In this document: positions 1 through 8,152 of the stretch, one piece after another | Position numbering within the stretch: the stretch's first letter is position 1 | Layout of the letters: every line of letters starts with the position of its first letter | IMG/VR virus record: IMGVR_UViG_3300042914_003164 | Coordinates: 1 to 64,000 of that record | DNA from: a virus | Direction: 5' to 3' (one strand) | DNA length: 64,000 nt | The notes under the pieces: generated by a model | Told to the model about the DNA's origin: nothing | What the model saw: only the letters and a program-made list of their open reading frames with translations | Database searches by the model: none | Program-made: the position numbers and the translations under genes

Positions 1-45
1 ATCGCGCAAGAACTAAGTTTCTTTCTTAATCATTCGATCCGAGAG

Positions 46-288
46 ATGGAAGACCTGAAGCAGAGAGGCTGTATTACAGACAGGCTCTATGGACATTATT
101 GCTGGTTTTGGTTGTGGTCTGCTCACAGGCACGACTTTAGACATGAAACCCTATACAACAAACGCGGTGGCGAGTTTTACTGGCGCCGAATCAATAGGGT
201 GCAGCGCCTAGTCGAGAAGATTGGAGCCTTCAGGATGGAGTTTGACAGGAAAGACGTTCCCTTTGGACTTGGCACTTTGAACCCATGA
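46..288 (+). CDS. hypothetical protein (may start upstream of the window)
   Basis: ORF ends in ATGA overlap with next ORF. Confidence 0.55.
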   Translation: MEDLKQRGCITDRLYGHYCWFWLWSAHRHDFRHETLYNKRGGEFYWRRINRVQRLVEKIGAFRMEFDRKDVPFGLGTLNP

Positions 289-455
289 AAGACTGGAAAC
301 CCGCAAGCAAGATAGACCTTGCAGCCTTGGAGGACAGACTTCCACCCTCCAAGAAGCTTGTTACAGCTTGGATACCTGGAGTTGGTGCAGTTTACAAGGT
401 AGTTCATACAGGCCACAAGCGCAACTTTAGACGTAAACCACCCGTTGTTTATTGA
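285..455 (+). CDS. small hypothetical protein (56 aa, not in ORF track)
   Basis: Hand translation MKDWKPASKIDL...PPVVY*; coupled to neighbours. Confidence 0.5.
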   Translation: MKDWKPASKIDLAALEDRLPPSKKLVTAWIPGVGAVYKVVHTGHKRNFRRKPPVVY

Positions 456-456
456 C

Positions 457-615
457 ATGCCATCAACTTACGACGTTGTGAGATTGGATGACGAAGGCTG
501 CTGGCAAACCCTGTTGTCAAACGTTGACTACAACAAAGCAGACATGGAAGTTGATCGCTACACCGATCAGTTTCCTAGCGCATGTATTGACATTCTACCC
601 CACAAAGGCAAATGA
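457..615 (+). CDS. small hypothetical protein (52 aa, not in ORF track)
   Basis: MPSTYDVVRLDDEGCW...HKGK*; ATGA overlap with 612 ORF. Confidence 0.6.
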   Translation: MPSTYDVVRLDDEGCWQTLLSNVDYNKADMEVDRYTDQFPSACIDILPHKGK

Positions 616-1088
616 CTACCAAGACTCAACAGGTTGAACTTTACGTCTTTGACCCCAAGCCTGTGACTCAACACAGCATAGGCATTTACACACAGATGAA
701 ACCTTCTGTAGGCAACCCAGAGGTTTATGTCTGCGTCTACACAGGTCAGACTCTGGAGGCTCTGGTCTCGGAAGGGGAAGTCTCGCCAGAGGCGTTCCTG
801 TGCCCCTTGGAGGAGGCTGCAGCCAAGAGTCGAGACCTTGCCCGCCAGAGGCTGTGCAAGGGACCTCAGAGGGTCACGCGGGAACGCTGGTGGGAGCTAC
901 TTGAAGTGCTGTTCCCTGCACGTTGGGAGAACACACCTGAAGGTGAAATCTTCATGGTGCCGGAATGTATCACGGGCTGTCTTTACACTTTTGGAGTTCG
1001 CATCGGTGAAGATTACTTCTCGATCACCGAAGACTGCGACATTGAAGCTGCAAAGCTGATTGCTATGTGTAAGGAGGCCATGTCGTGA
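612..1088 (+). CDS. DUF1419-like hypothetical protein
   Basis: C-terminal pattern 'WWELLEVLFP..W...FMVPECITG..YTF....EDYF' resembles DUF1419. Confidence 0.55.
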   Translation: MTTKTQQVELYVFDPKPVTQHSIGIYTQMKPSVGNPEVYVCVYTGQTLEALVSEGEVSPEAFLCPLEEAAAKSRDLARQRLCKGPQRVTRERWWELLEVLFPARWENTPEGEIFMVPECITGCLYTFGVRIGEDYFSITEDCDIEAAKLIAMCKEAMS

Positions 1089-1267
1089 TACTTACTTTCA
1101 ATCCAATTAACTGTTCTTGGGAGGTTTCAGACATTGTAGGCTCAGTGCGTGTAAGCAAGACCTACTATGGCTACACGAAAGATGAAGTAATTGAAGACTT
1201 CAGAGCCTTCATTAGATATACAGAAGACCCAAGTTACGAGCCTGAAGACATTACGGTAAACAGATGA
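1085..1267 (+). CDS. hypothetical protein
   Basis: GTGA/ATGA overlaps at both ends. Confidence 0.6.
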   Translation: MILTFNPINCSWEVSDIVGSVRVSKTYYGYTKDEVIEDFRAFIRYTEDPSYEPEDITVNR

Positions 1268-1638
1268 AACGTATCGACTTAGGTTCAGTGGAGTCTGCAG
1301 ATTCGTTCTGCAAGATGCTTGATCTTCAAGGGGTTGATTCACGTATCAAGTCTTCATCCCAAAGACTTGTTAATCGGATCAACGAGGATCTTGGCTGGAA
1401 CATCAAAGGCAAGGGTTCACAGGTCTTTGCTTTTTACTTGCATCTTCTAGCCAAGAACTTTGTTTCTTTCTGCTTGACAAGTGACGATGGGCTTAAGTCA
1501 GGTTACAAGCTGTGTGTTGAAAGCTGCTATCGAAACATTAAAGATAGTCAGCTGTTCATTGAACATGCTCACTTAATCGAACTTCCAAGCTGGATCCCTA
1601 AGTCACCTTCATTTATTCAACGACATGGAAACCGCTAG
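1264..1638 (+). CDS. hypothetical protein
   Basis: Coupled ORF in + operon. Confidence 0.6.
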   Translation: MKRIDLGSVESADSFCKMLDLQGVDSRIKSSSQRLVNRINEDLGWNIKGKGSQVFAFYLHLLAKNFVSFCLTSDDGLKSGYKLCVESCYRNIKDSQLFIEHAHLIELPSWIPKSPSFIQRHGNR

Positions 1639-1900
1639 AGATTACCTCCGAGACCTTGCACGTTCAACTCAGGACTTTACAACCAAGTGGATCATAGATG
1701 GGATCTTCTGGGCTGATGAATCGTGCCGCATAAGCGGAACCATGAGTCTTGCACTGCGTAACGCAGATGCTGCAGCTGGCAGGAGGTTGCTTGATCACTT
1801 GCTGGTTAGCGGTGTTGATACGCAGGCTGAAGTTCCCAGGTTCCTGAATAGATACTCTTCTACTTGCTTGAACCTTCTATCTCCTGTCGAGCAAGTCTGA
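1625..1900 (+). CDS. hypothetical protein
   Basis: Coupled ORF in + operon. Confidence 0.6.
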   Translation: METARDYLRDLARSTQDFTTKWIIDGIFWADESCRISGTMSLALRNADAAAGRRLLDHLLVSGVDTQAEVPRFLNRYSSTCLNLLSPVEQV

Positions 1901-1977
1901 TCTCTGCACTTTGCCATCTTGACAGATGGTTTCCTGCAGGGCTTATTCAACCCTGTTAAACTCTACACTTCAGGTAA

Positions 1978-2448
1978 ATGGTTTCAATCTCTGGCGTCAC
2001 AAGCGATCCCGCAGACCTTACAGTTGTCAGCACGGATGGCTCTCACTTTGGAGCATCAAGCGCATACCTTGTTGACCTGACAAGTGCAACTAAATACAAG
2101 GTAGACGAGTTCGTGAAAGGGACGGACTCTGAACGTCGTGATTTTGCACACTCACACGGAGTTCGGTTGCTGGATATTCTCTCCGGCGAGGAAGCACCTT
2201 TTGTCAGCCAGGCTGTGCTTTACAAGTTTGACGGCGAAAGCTTCTTCGATGAAGATGAAGCGCACCCAGGCTACACTTACGCACTTCCAAGTTTTACTGG
2301 CAGATTCTGGGTGTGTGATTGCTGGATTGTAAACGAGCAAGGCGAGAGGCACCCGGATTACGACGTTGCACCTGTGCCTCTGACAGCTTGCAACCTTGAG
2401 CCTGTAGGTGACAACCCGTGGATCGCAAGTGTGCTGAATCAGGACTGA
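1978..2448 (+). CDS. hypothetical protein
   Basis: 156-aa ORF with structured leader. Confidence 0.65.
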   Translation: MVSISGVTSDPADLTVVSTDGSHFGASSAYLVDLTSATKYKVDEFVKGTDSERRDFAHSHGVRLLDILSGEEAPFVSQAVLYKFDGESFFDEDEAHPGYTYALPSFTGRFWVCDCWIVNEQGERHPDYDVAPVPLTACNLEPVGDNPWIASVLNQD

Positions 2449-2597
2449 TAGCTGTAGCTGAATAGCTCAGACTTTGTAGGTTGCGGTAGGGCTGAGTTTG
2501 TGGGCTCGGCCCGCCTAACCCTGTAGGAAGCCAGCGGACTTTGCGGTTAAGCATTCCTTATGTTATGGGATCTGGGCTACTTTGTAGCGGGATTGTG

Positions 2598-2606
2598 TGC
2601 TATAAT
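2598..2606 (+). promoter_or_regulatory. extended -10 promoter (TG-C-TATAAT)
   Basis: Perfect TGnTATAAT 70 bp upstream of ATG 2676. Confidence 0.6.
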
Positions 2607-2675
2607 TTGGGAGCTGGGGAAGTTGTAGGCTTGCCTGCCCCCAGACTTTACACTCTACACTTTACACTTGCTGCT

Positions 2676-2984
2676 ATGACAAGCGACACCTTCTACGCTC
2701 ATGCTTGCAGGATTGTTGAGAACTTCAACTTCCTCAAGGTTCAAAAGATGATGGCTGCAGTTGATTGGAACTGGGGCGGACCTTACATGAATGGAGAGTT
2801 TGGACCTCCCACTGTTGACGCTATGAAGTCCAATGCAATGCACTTACTACTTCAAGCCAAGACGCTGGACACTAACACTTCGGCTGGTGGCTTCCAAGCC
2901 TATTGGGTGAGACAGGGAGACGTTGCAGGTTACAAGGGCAACGGCTACATCGGACTTCGGTTCATTGGAGCTGAGACTTACTGA
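2676..2984 (+). CDS. hypothetical protein
   Basis: Start moved to ATG 2676 (MTSDTF...) downstream of promoter; 'NFNFLKVQKMMAAVDWNW' phage-type motif. Confidence 0.65.
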   Translation: MTSDTFYAHACRIVENFNFLKVQKMMAAVDWNWGGPYMNGEFGPPTVDAMKSNAMHLLLQAKTLDTNTSAGGFQAYWVRQGDVAGYKGNGYIGLRFIGAETY

Positions 2985-3033
2985 GTTCATAGTCTGTAGT
3001 TCACTATCGACACCAACCCTGCACTTTACAGCA

Positions 3034-3666
3034 ATGAGCGACCTAGTTTACCTCAAAGACCTGCCAGGCTACATCAAGCCGGAACAACCGGCTGCACCTT
3101 GCAAGCCACAGCCCAAGCCTCTCTGTGAGGCACTTGCAACAGCAGAGGTTCCAGTTGAGCCGCTGCTACCTTGCACCAAATGCAAGGGAGATGGATACCT
3201 GTTCAGCGAAGGCTACAGGTACACACGAGATGATGGAACACTGAGAGTTTACGAGTCAGAGTGGAAACCCTGCATGTACTGCGATGGAGTTGGCTGGTTC
3301 CACGCACCAGACCTTGCAAGTTTGGTGAAAGCGGTTAATGGCCGCAAACCCCGTACCCTGCGGTCAAAGAGACCAGATGATACACGCGCCTACTTTGTAT
3401 GGCGTATGGCAAGGTTCCACGGTGGAAAGGATGTCTGCTTGCCGATGGCTGCAAGTTGCGACATTGCAGGTGATCCCTACGAGAACGTACTTGACCAGTT
3501 GGCAACCATCATTGCCAAAGCCTATTTCGGTAGTGGCAACGTTGGAGTTGCAAGATGGCAGCAAGCGATATATGGAAGTCACAGCTTCAAGGATGTACCT
3601 GCTGTCATTGATGGTCCTGTTTACGACAGTGACAAGCCTTTAGAAGAGATGTTGGAGGCTGTCTGA
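3034..3666 (+). CDS. protein with DnaJ-type CxxCxGxG zinc-finger motifs
   Basis: CTKCKGDG and CMYCDGVG motifs; start at ATG 3034. Confidence 0.6.
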   Translation: MSDLVYLKDLPGYIKPEQPAAPCKPQPKPLCEALATAEVPVEPLLPCTKCKGDGYLFSEGYRYTRDDGTLRVYESEWKPCMYCDGVGWFHAPDLASLVKAVNGRKPRTLRSKRPDDTRAYFVWRMARFHGGKDVCLPMAASCDIAGDPYENVLDQLATIIAKAYFGSGNVGVARWQQAIYGSHSFKDVPAVIDGPVYDSDKPLEEMLEAV

Positions 3667-3673
3667 TCTAGGA

Positions 3674-3737
3674 TTGTAGTTTGCAAGAGTACCGGAAACT
3701 TGCGGCACTTTACACTCAGTTTTTTATTGCTATGACT
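3674..3737 (+). repeat. intergenic leader repeat copy 1 (hairpin, loop AGTACCGGAAA)
   Basis: ~63-bp near-identical to 4093-4155. Confidence 0.85.
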
Positions 3738-4085
3738 TTCCGAGTTTACGCCAACAAAGGCTTCCAGATTGTACTGCCAAACGGCTACGAGATAAGCTGC
3801 ATGTTCGGATTTCTAAACTACTGTCAACACCGCAATGATGATAGTTTGGTGCAAGGCTGCATCACTACAAACTGTGGCGAGCTGAAGTCTAAAGACTGCG
3901 AGATTGCAGTTTACGACCCGAATGGTTACAGCGTCGGAGGCTGGCCAGGCTGCTCTGCCATTGAGGGTGTTGCAGGTTGGCAGTCTGTAGATAACTTGTT
4001 GAACGTTATTGATTACGTTCGCAACCTTACGCCGCCCCGCTCAGAAGTTGTTGACACTGAAGACTACTGTGAAGAGCATTACTGA
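3732..4085 (+). CDS. hypothetical protein
   Basis: ATG 3732 sits at the same position in the repeat as ATG 4150; 'KGFQIVLPNGYEISCMFG..NYC' phage-type motif. Confidence 0.7.
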   Translation: MTFRVYANKGFQIVLPNGYEISCMFGFLNYCQHRNDDSLVQGCITTNCGELKSKDCEIAVYDPNGYSVGGWPGCSAIEGVAGWQSVDNLLNVIDYVRNLTPPRSEVVDTEDYCEEHY

Positions 4086-4092
4086 CCAGAGT

Positions 4093-4155
4093 TTGTAGTT
4101 TACAGGAGTACCGGAAACCTGTAACATCCTGCACTCAGTTTTTATTGCTATGACT
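4093..4155 (+). repeat. intergenic leader repeat copy 2
   Basis: See copy 1; compensatory stem changes. Confidence 0.85.
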
Positions 4156-4554
4156 ACGAACACAAAGGCTAAGAGCTTAACACTGAAAATTCCAAGCGGA
4201 TTCTATGCAGTTCCGATCACGGAAGATCAATGGAGGCAGTTCATGGGTTCGGAACTTGAGGATCGTCATTGCAAGATGGAGGCCGTAGGTTATTGGTCGG
4301 TTCCCGTAAAGTACACAGCAATCGCTGTTTCCTACACTTGGAAGAATAACTTTATGGACACGATCACCTTGTATGGTGAACGCACAATGTCCAGCTTGAA
4401 ACGGTGCGGCTACGACATGGAAGGCAGAGTTTTCGTTGACGGAAAGAAGTTCAGAGGTTTTACTTCTTCTCAGTTGTTTGAACTTCCTGATGGTAGATTG
4501 CTTGACGTTGCGGTGATACACGTTTGCGCTAAAGAGCCTGAAGTTACTTTTTGA
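4150..4554 (+). CDS. hypothetical protein
   Basis: 134-aa ORF following repeat. Confidence 0.7.
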   Translation: MTTNTKAKSLTLKIPSGFYAVPITEDQWRQFMGSELEDRHCKMEAVGYWSVPVKYTAIAVSYTWKNNFMDTITLYGERTMSSLKRCGYDMEGRVFVDGKKFRGFTSSQLFELPDGRLLDVAVIHVCAKEPEVTF

Positions 4555-4557
4555 ATT

Positions 4558-4767
4558 ATGGCAGCTTTACCTCAAGTCGAGCAACTCTCTAGCTTCAGAA
4601 AGATACTCTTTGCAGGTCAAAGGGTCACAGTTGAGAGGACGCAGCGCAGTGTTACAGGTTACTGCGTTGTAGGTTGGGAGAGTGGTCTACCTGTTGCAGC
4701 TAGGCCGATTACAGCTCAGAAGATAAAGGCTTTACTTAAAGCTTACCCAAACCACACTTTGATCTGA
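4558..4767 (+). CDS. hypothetical protein
   Basis: Tightly packed in operon. Confidence 0.6.
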   Translation: MAALPQVEQLSSFRKILFAGQRVTVERTQRSVTGYCVVGWESGLPVAARPITAQKIKALLKAYPNHTLI

Positions 4768-4768
4768 C

Positions 4769-5107
4769 ATGACTATCACTATCGAAAAAAAGTTCGAGCC
4801 TTCCGACCGCTACAGGTTTGACTGTGGACTCCCACGCCACTTTGCACAGATTGACACTTGCCAAGATGCAAGTTACTACGGTAACTGGGCAAGTGCTGAA
4901 GCTCTGACTTTGATAAGTTACTGCGAGGGAGACGTGACTACAACAGTCTGCACAACAAAGGAGGAGTTTGCGGCTGAAGTCAACAAGCTCAAGGACTTCT
5001 CTAACCGTATGGATTACACCTTCAAGGGAATAGATCCAGGTTTTCATCACACAGACGAGATCCTGCAACCTTGGAGAGATTGCGGTCTAGCACACCTTAT
5101 TCACTGA
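4769..5107 (+). CDS. conserved hypothetical protein of mobile elements
   Basis: 'DRYRFD...FAQIDT.QDASYYGNW...ISYCEGDV' motif. Confidence 0.65.
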   Translation: MTITIEKKFEPSDRYRFDCGLPRHFAQIDTCQDASYYGNWASAEALTLISYCEGDVTTTVCTTKEEFAAEVNKLKDFSNRMDYTFKGIDPGFHHTDEILQPWRDCGLAHLIH

Positions 5108-5112
5108 ACCCA

Positions 5113-5391
5113 ATGGACAGCACCTTCATGCCTGGAACTACTAATTTGCAGCAGGCTAATCGTAAGTGGTTGCTTGCACAGAACATTAAGGCTGCAGTTG
5201 ACATTCCAGATGGTTGCAGGAGGTTTTACATGCTAAACCCAAGGGAAAAGAGTTTGGAGGTTTGTAGGTCACATGGCGCAGATCATTGCGCCTACGAATG
5301 GGGACCACAGATTGACCCTAGATGGAATCCCAAGCAGATTGAAGCTTACATCTCTGGATACTGTAACATCGCTCTTGACTCCAATGTTTAA
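5113..5391 (+). CDS. hypothetical protein
   Basis: Start at ATG 5113; operon packing. Confidence 0.55.
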   Translation: MDSTFMPGTTNLQQANRKWLLAQNIKAAVDIPDGCRRFYMLNPREKSLEVCRSHGADHCAYEWGPQIDPRWNPKQIEAYISGYCNIALDSNV

Positions 5392-5704
5392 GCTCTACTA
5401 CTTTGTTGATTACAAGACGGATGAAGGCGAGCCGGAACCTTATACGGTTGCCTTTGACATCGTTGAAGGTGATGCCCGACACATTGAAGATTATGTTTAC
5501 GAGGGAAGTTTCTTAACTTTGTTGGATGCACAGGATAGGATGAATAATCGAGGTAGTCGATGGTTCTTTTATCCTAATGCTTGTATTACAGAGGTTGTAG
5601 GTGACAAGGAGGTACTTGTTGGTATCTATCTTCAAAGTGGTGTTAATTACGAGTTATCACCTGAGGAGTACGAAGCTTTGAGGGAGGAAGCTGTATGTTG
5701 TTAG
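5384..5704 (+). CDS. hypothetical protein (acidic)
   Basis: Start at ATG 5384; followed by terminator. Confidence 0.6.
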   Translation: MFKLYYFVDYKTDEGEPEPYTVAFDIVEGDARHIEDYVYEGSFLTLLDAQDRMNNRGSRWFFYPNACITEVVGDKEVLVGIYLQSGVNYELSPEEYEALREEAVCC

Positions 5705-5737
5705 TTTGACTTTGTAGATTAAAGTTTGCACTGTATT

Positions 5738-5766
5738 GGCCGGTGTTAATTCACTGGCCTTTTTTA
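5738..5766 (+). terminator. rho-independent terminator
   Basis: GGCCGGTG-ttaatt-CACTGGCC then T-run. Confidence 0.8.
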
Positions 5767-5819
5767 TTGCCTGTTGTAGGTCGATGTTTGTGTGTTAGAG
5801 TTAGGAGGCAATTGATCGG

Positions 5820-6668
5820 TTGTTGACCGTGCCAGAAGGGAATCAGGAGCTTCAAGGCAGTGACTTTGAAGGTGATGACTTTGAAAATAATGCCGCAGAC
5901 CTTGAAGATTCTATCGCAGATATTGAGTCTTTATTGACTGATGATCTCGGCATTGATGATGGTACTTTAGATGGTATTGATGAAAGTTTGAACCTTAATG
6001 AGTATGGAGAGATTGAAGACGAATTTGTAGTAGACACTAACGATGATAATACTGTAGATGTTAATAGTTCTAATCTTGAAGATCAAACCCCTACATTCCA
6101 AAGCACCAATATCTCACACCCTGCAAACCCAACCCAAAACCCCTCTACCTCTTCACTTGTTAAAACGTGGTCTAAAAGATCGAAACTTGCACCTAATGAG
6201 ACGGATAAAGAATTTGAGATGTTCAAAGTTTACTGTATGTATGGAAGTGGTCGTTCTCACCAATATGTATCCCAGATTACAAACTTTGGACTCAGCACAA
6301 TAAAGATTATAGCACAGCGGAACCAGTGGAGCCGTAGGTCAGGGGACTATGACAGATGGCAGCTTACCCGTAAGATAAAGGAAGCGCAAACTTCCAGGCA
6401 CGAGGAGCACATTAAGAAGCTGGAAGTTTACAGGGAGGAACAGGAAGCACTAGGGAAGCAGCTAACGTTAAACGCTGCACGTATAGCATTCTTAGCAAAC
6501 TCTACACTTGCAAAGATGCTAGACGAGGAGAAGACTCTTGACATGAGGGATGTTCCTGGTATCTTGAATACAGCAGCAAAGCTTGCAGAAGTAGGTAAGA
6601 ACTTGCAAGGTACTGCACTGGGAGTTGATCAGTTGTTAAGTGCTATAGAAGAGTCAGAGGTTGACTGA
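5820..6668 (+). CDS. terminase small subunit-like HTH protein with very acidic N-terminus
   Basis: 'W..R..PNETDKEFEMFKVY..G.GRS ... W.RR..DYD' followed by a coiled coil, a TerS-like pattern. Confidence 0.5.
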   Translation: MLTVPEGNQELQGSDFEGDDFENNAADLEDSIADIESLLTDDLGIDDGTLDGIDESLNLNEYGEIEDEFVVDTNDDNTVDVNSSNLEDQTPTFQSTNISHPANPTQNPSTSSLVKTWSKRSKLAPNETDKEFEMFKVYCMYGSGRSHQYVSQITNFGLSTIKIIAQRNQWSRRSGDYDRWQLTRKIKEAQTSRHEEHIKKLEVYREEQEALGKQLTLNAARIAFLANSTLAKMLDEEKTLDMRDVPGILNTAAKLAEVGKNLQGTALGVDQLLSAIEESEVD

Positions 6669-7056
6669 AGAGGCTGCGCCCACTTCTAACAGCCCGAAGC
6701 CCACACATAGAACCGCTTACGCGGGATAGATTAAATCGGGTTTGTACTGACTGAGGGTTTGCGGGAAGGCACTTCGTTGTTGTAGTTTGCAGGTTGTAAG
6801 GGTTTTTCAGTGGTCAGCCTAACGGCTGTTTTATTTATAGGTTACATCTAGTACATGGATACTTCACACCTCGCAGACTGGACCCGGATTTTCGGTTTTT
6901 GGCTGTTTATTTCCGTACTTACATATATTATTAGGTATAAATGGGGACAAGGCTAGGTAGCTTGCGCCGCAGTGCTTCTACTTTATGATCTCATAACGGA
7001 CACGTTGTATTCATCAAGGCTATGACTGCGATCTCGAAATGTAACAGAAAATAACA

Positions 7057-7094
7057 GGGTAGTTTCTACCCACCCAATCGGGTAGTTTCAACCC
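7057..7094. promoter_or_regulatory. tandem palindromic operator-like sites
   Basis: GGGTAGtttCTACCC (7057-7071) and GGGTAGtttCAACCC (7080-7094), just upstream of wHTH gene. Confidence 0.6.
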
Positions 7095-7113
7095 CCCACC
7101 TCAGAGGCTGCTT

Positions 7114-7599
7114 TTGACACCTTCAATCAAGCCACTTCACACCCTGATCGCCTCAGACATGCCAGGTTCACACCTGAAAATCATGTTCTTACTCGTTGAT
7201 ATGTGCAATGATTGGGGCTTTACAACAGAGTCTTATGGTTCACTATCAGAAGTATTTAACTTAAACAAGGACAACCTACGCAAGAGGGTAAACACACTTA
7301 TCAAACAAGATATGCTGAAGATCGTAAGCTACAACGGCAGGAAAGGTTTGATGGTTAATCCCATATACTGCAACGATAAACCTTTGCATCTTAAAGAATT
7401 TAGAGAAGCGCTCTGGGAGAAAGAGCTAATACTTACACGTTACAAGCCTAGACACTTCTATGGACCTCCATTCATGGAAACCCAGGAGCTAGCATTTGCA
7501 GCAGTCAAGAGATCGTACAATGGATCCAAACACCCCAAAGAAAGAACAAGACGAATTATTTGCAGGTCTTTGGAGGCAGCAAAAACACGTCAGAGTTAA
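7114..7599 (+). CDS. winged-HTH, replication-initiator (RepL)-like protein
   Basis: 'SYGSLSEVFNLNKDNLRKRVNTLIKQDML....LMVNP' wHTH plus MVNP motif. Confidence 0.45.
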   Translation: MTPSIKPLHTLIASDMPGSHLKIMFLLVDMCNDWGFTTESYGSLSEVFNLNKDNLRKRVNTLIKQDMLKIVSYNGRKGLMVNPIYCNDKPLHLKEFREALWEKELILTRYKPRHFYGPPFMETQELAFAAVKRSYNGSKHPKERTRRIICRSLEAAKTRQS

Positions 7600-7780
7600 A
7601 TACTTCAAACTTAAAGAGGACAGTGGAGATATTGCATCTAGGGATCAAGCATTCAGGGAGATGAACAATTTCTTCATTCATGAAGTAGATTACAGTTTCA
7701 GCCCTGAGACTTCAATCGTTGACAGATCACTTCCTAAAGGTTCAATCCTTGATGCCATACGCAAAAGTTGTAAAGATTAG
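7520..7780 (+). CDS. hypothetical protein
   Basis: ATG 7520 after GGAG-containing region; ends at first GCCATTCATG repeat. Confidence 0.55.
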   Translation: MDPNTPKKEQDELFAGLWRQQKHVRVKYFKLKEDSGDIASRDQAFREMNNFFIHEVDYSFSPETSIVDRSLPKGSILDAIRKSCKD

Positions 7781-7921
7781 CCATTCATGCCTGACACTAA
7801 AGGATGCCGCGGCCATTCATGATACACATTCAACCTTGAAAGCTGCATTCATGAAAACGCCATTCATGACATGACACCAGGAGAACGCCATTCATGATAG
7901 GATGCAGATTAGCCATTCATG
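7780..7921 (+). repeat. iteron-like direct repeats GCCATTCATG
   Basis: Exact copies at 7780, 7812, 7859, 7887, 7912; variant at 7845. Confidence 0.85.
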
Positions 7922-7928
7922 ATGACAC

Positions 7929-8152
7929 CTTAGACGTTGCACCTTAAAGATTACAGTTTAGACATTCAACCTTAGACTTTGCACTTTATACGTTACAGCT
8001 TAGAGGCTATACATTAAAGGCTGTACCTTGAACCTTGCACTTTGCACCTTATACATTAAAGCTTGCACCTTATACATTAAAGGCTGCACTTTGTACTTTG
8101 TACTTTATAGGCTAGACTTTATAGGTTAAAGCTTGTAGGTTCAAGTTTATAG
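7929..8152 (+). repeat. phased degenerate heptamer array (32 x NYTNNAS), decaying to ~8650
   Basis: cttagac gttgcac cttaaag attacag tttagac attcaac ... gttcaag tttatag; 224 bp with no indel. Confidence 0.9.

Noticed and set aside
3663-3705. Hammerhead ribozyme in the repeated hairpin (CUGA...GAAA)
   Set aside because: The CUGAnGA core and three-stem geometry are absent; the CUGA is the upstream stop codon.
7780-7921. CRISPR-like array from GCCATTCATG repeats
   Set aside because: Repeats are only 10 bp, spacing is irregular, spacers resemble each other, and no cas genes are present.
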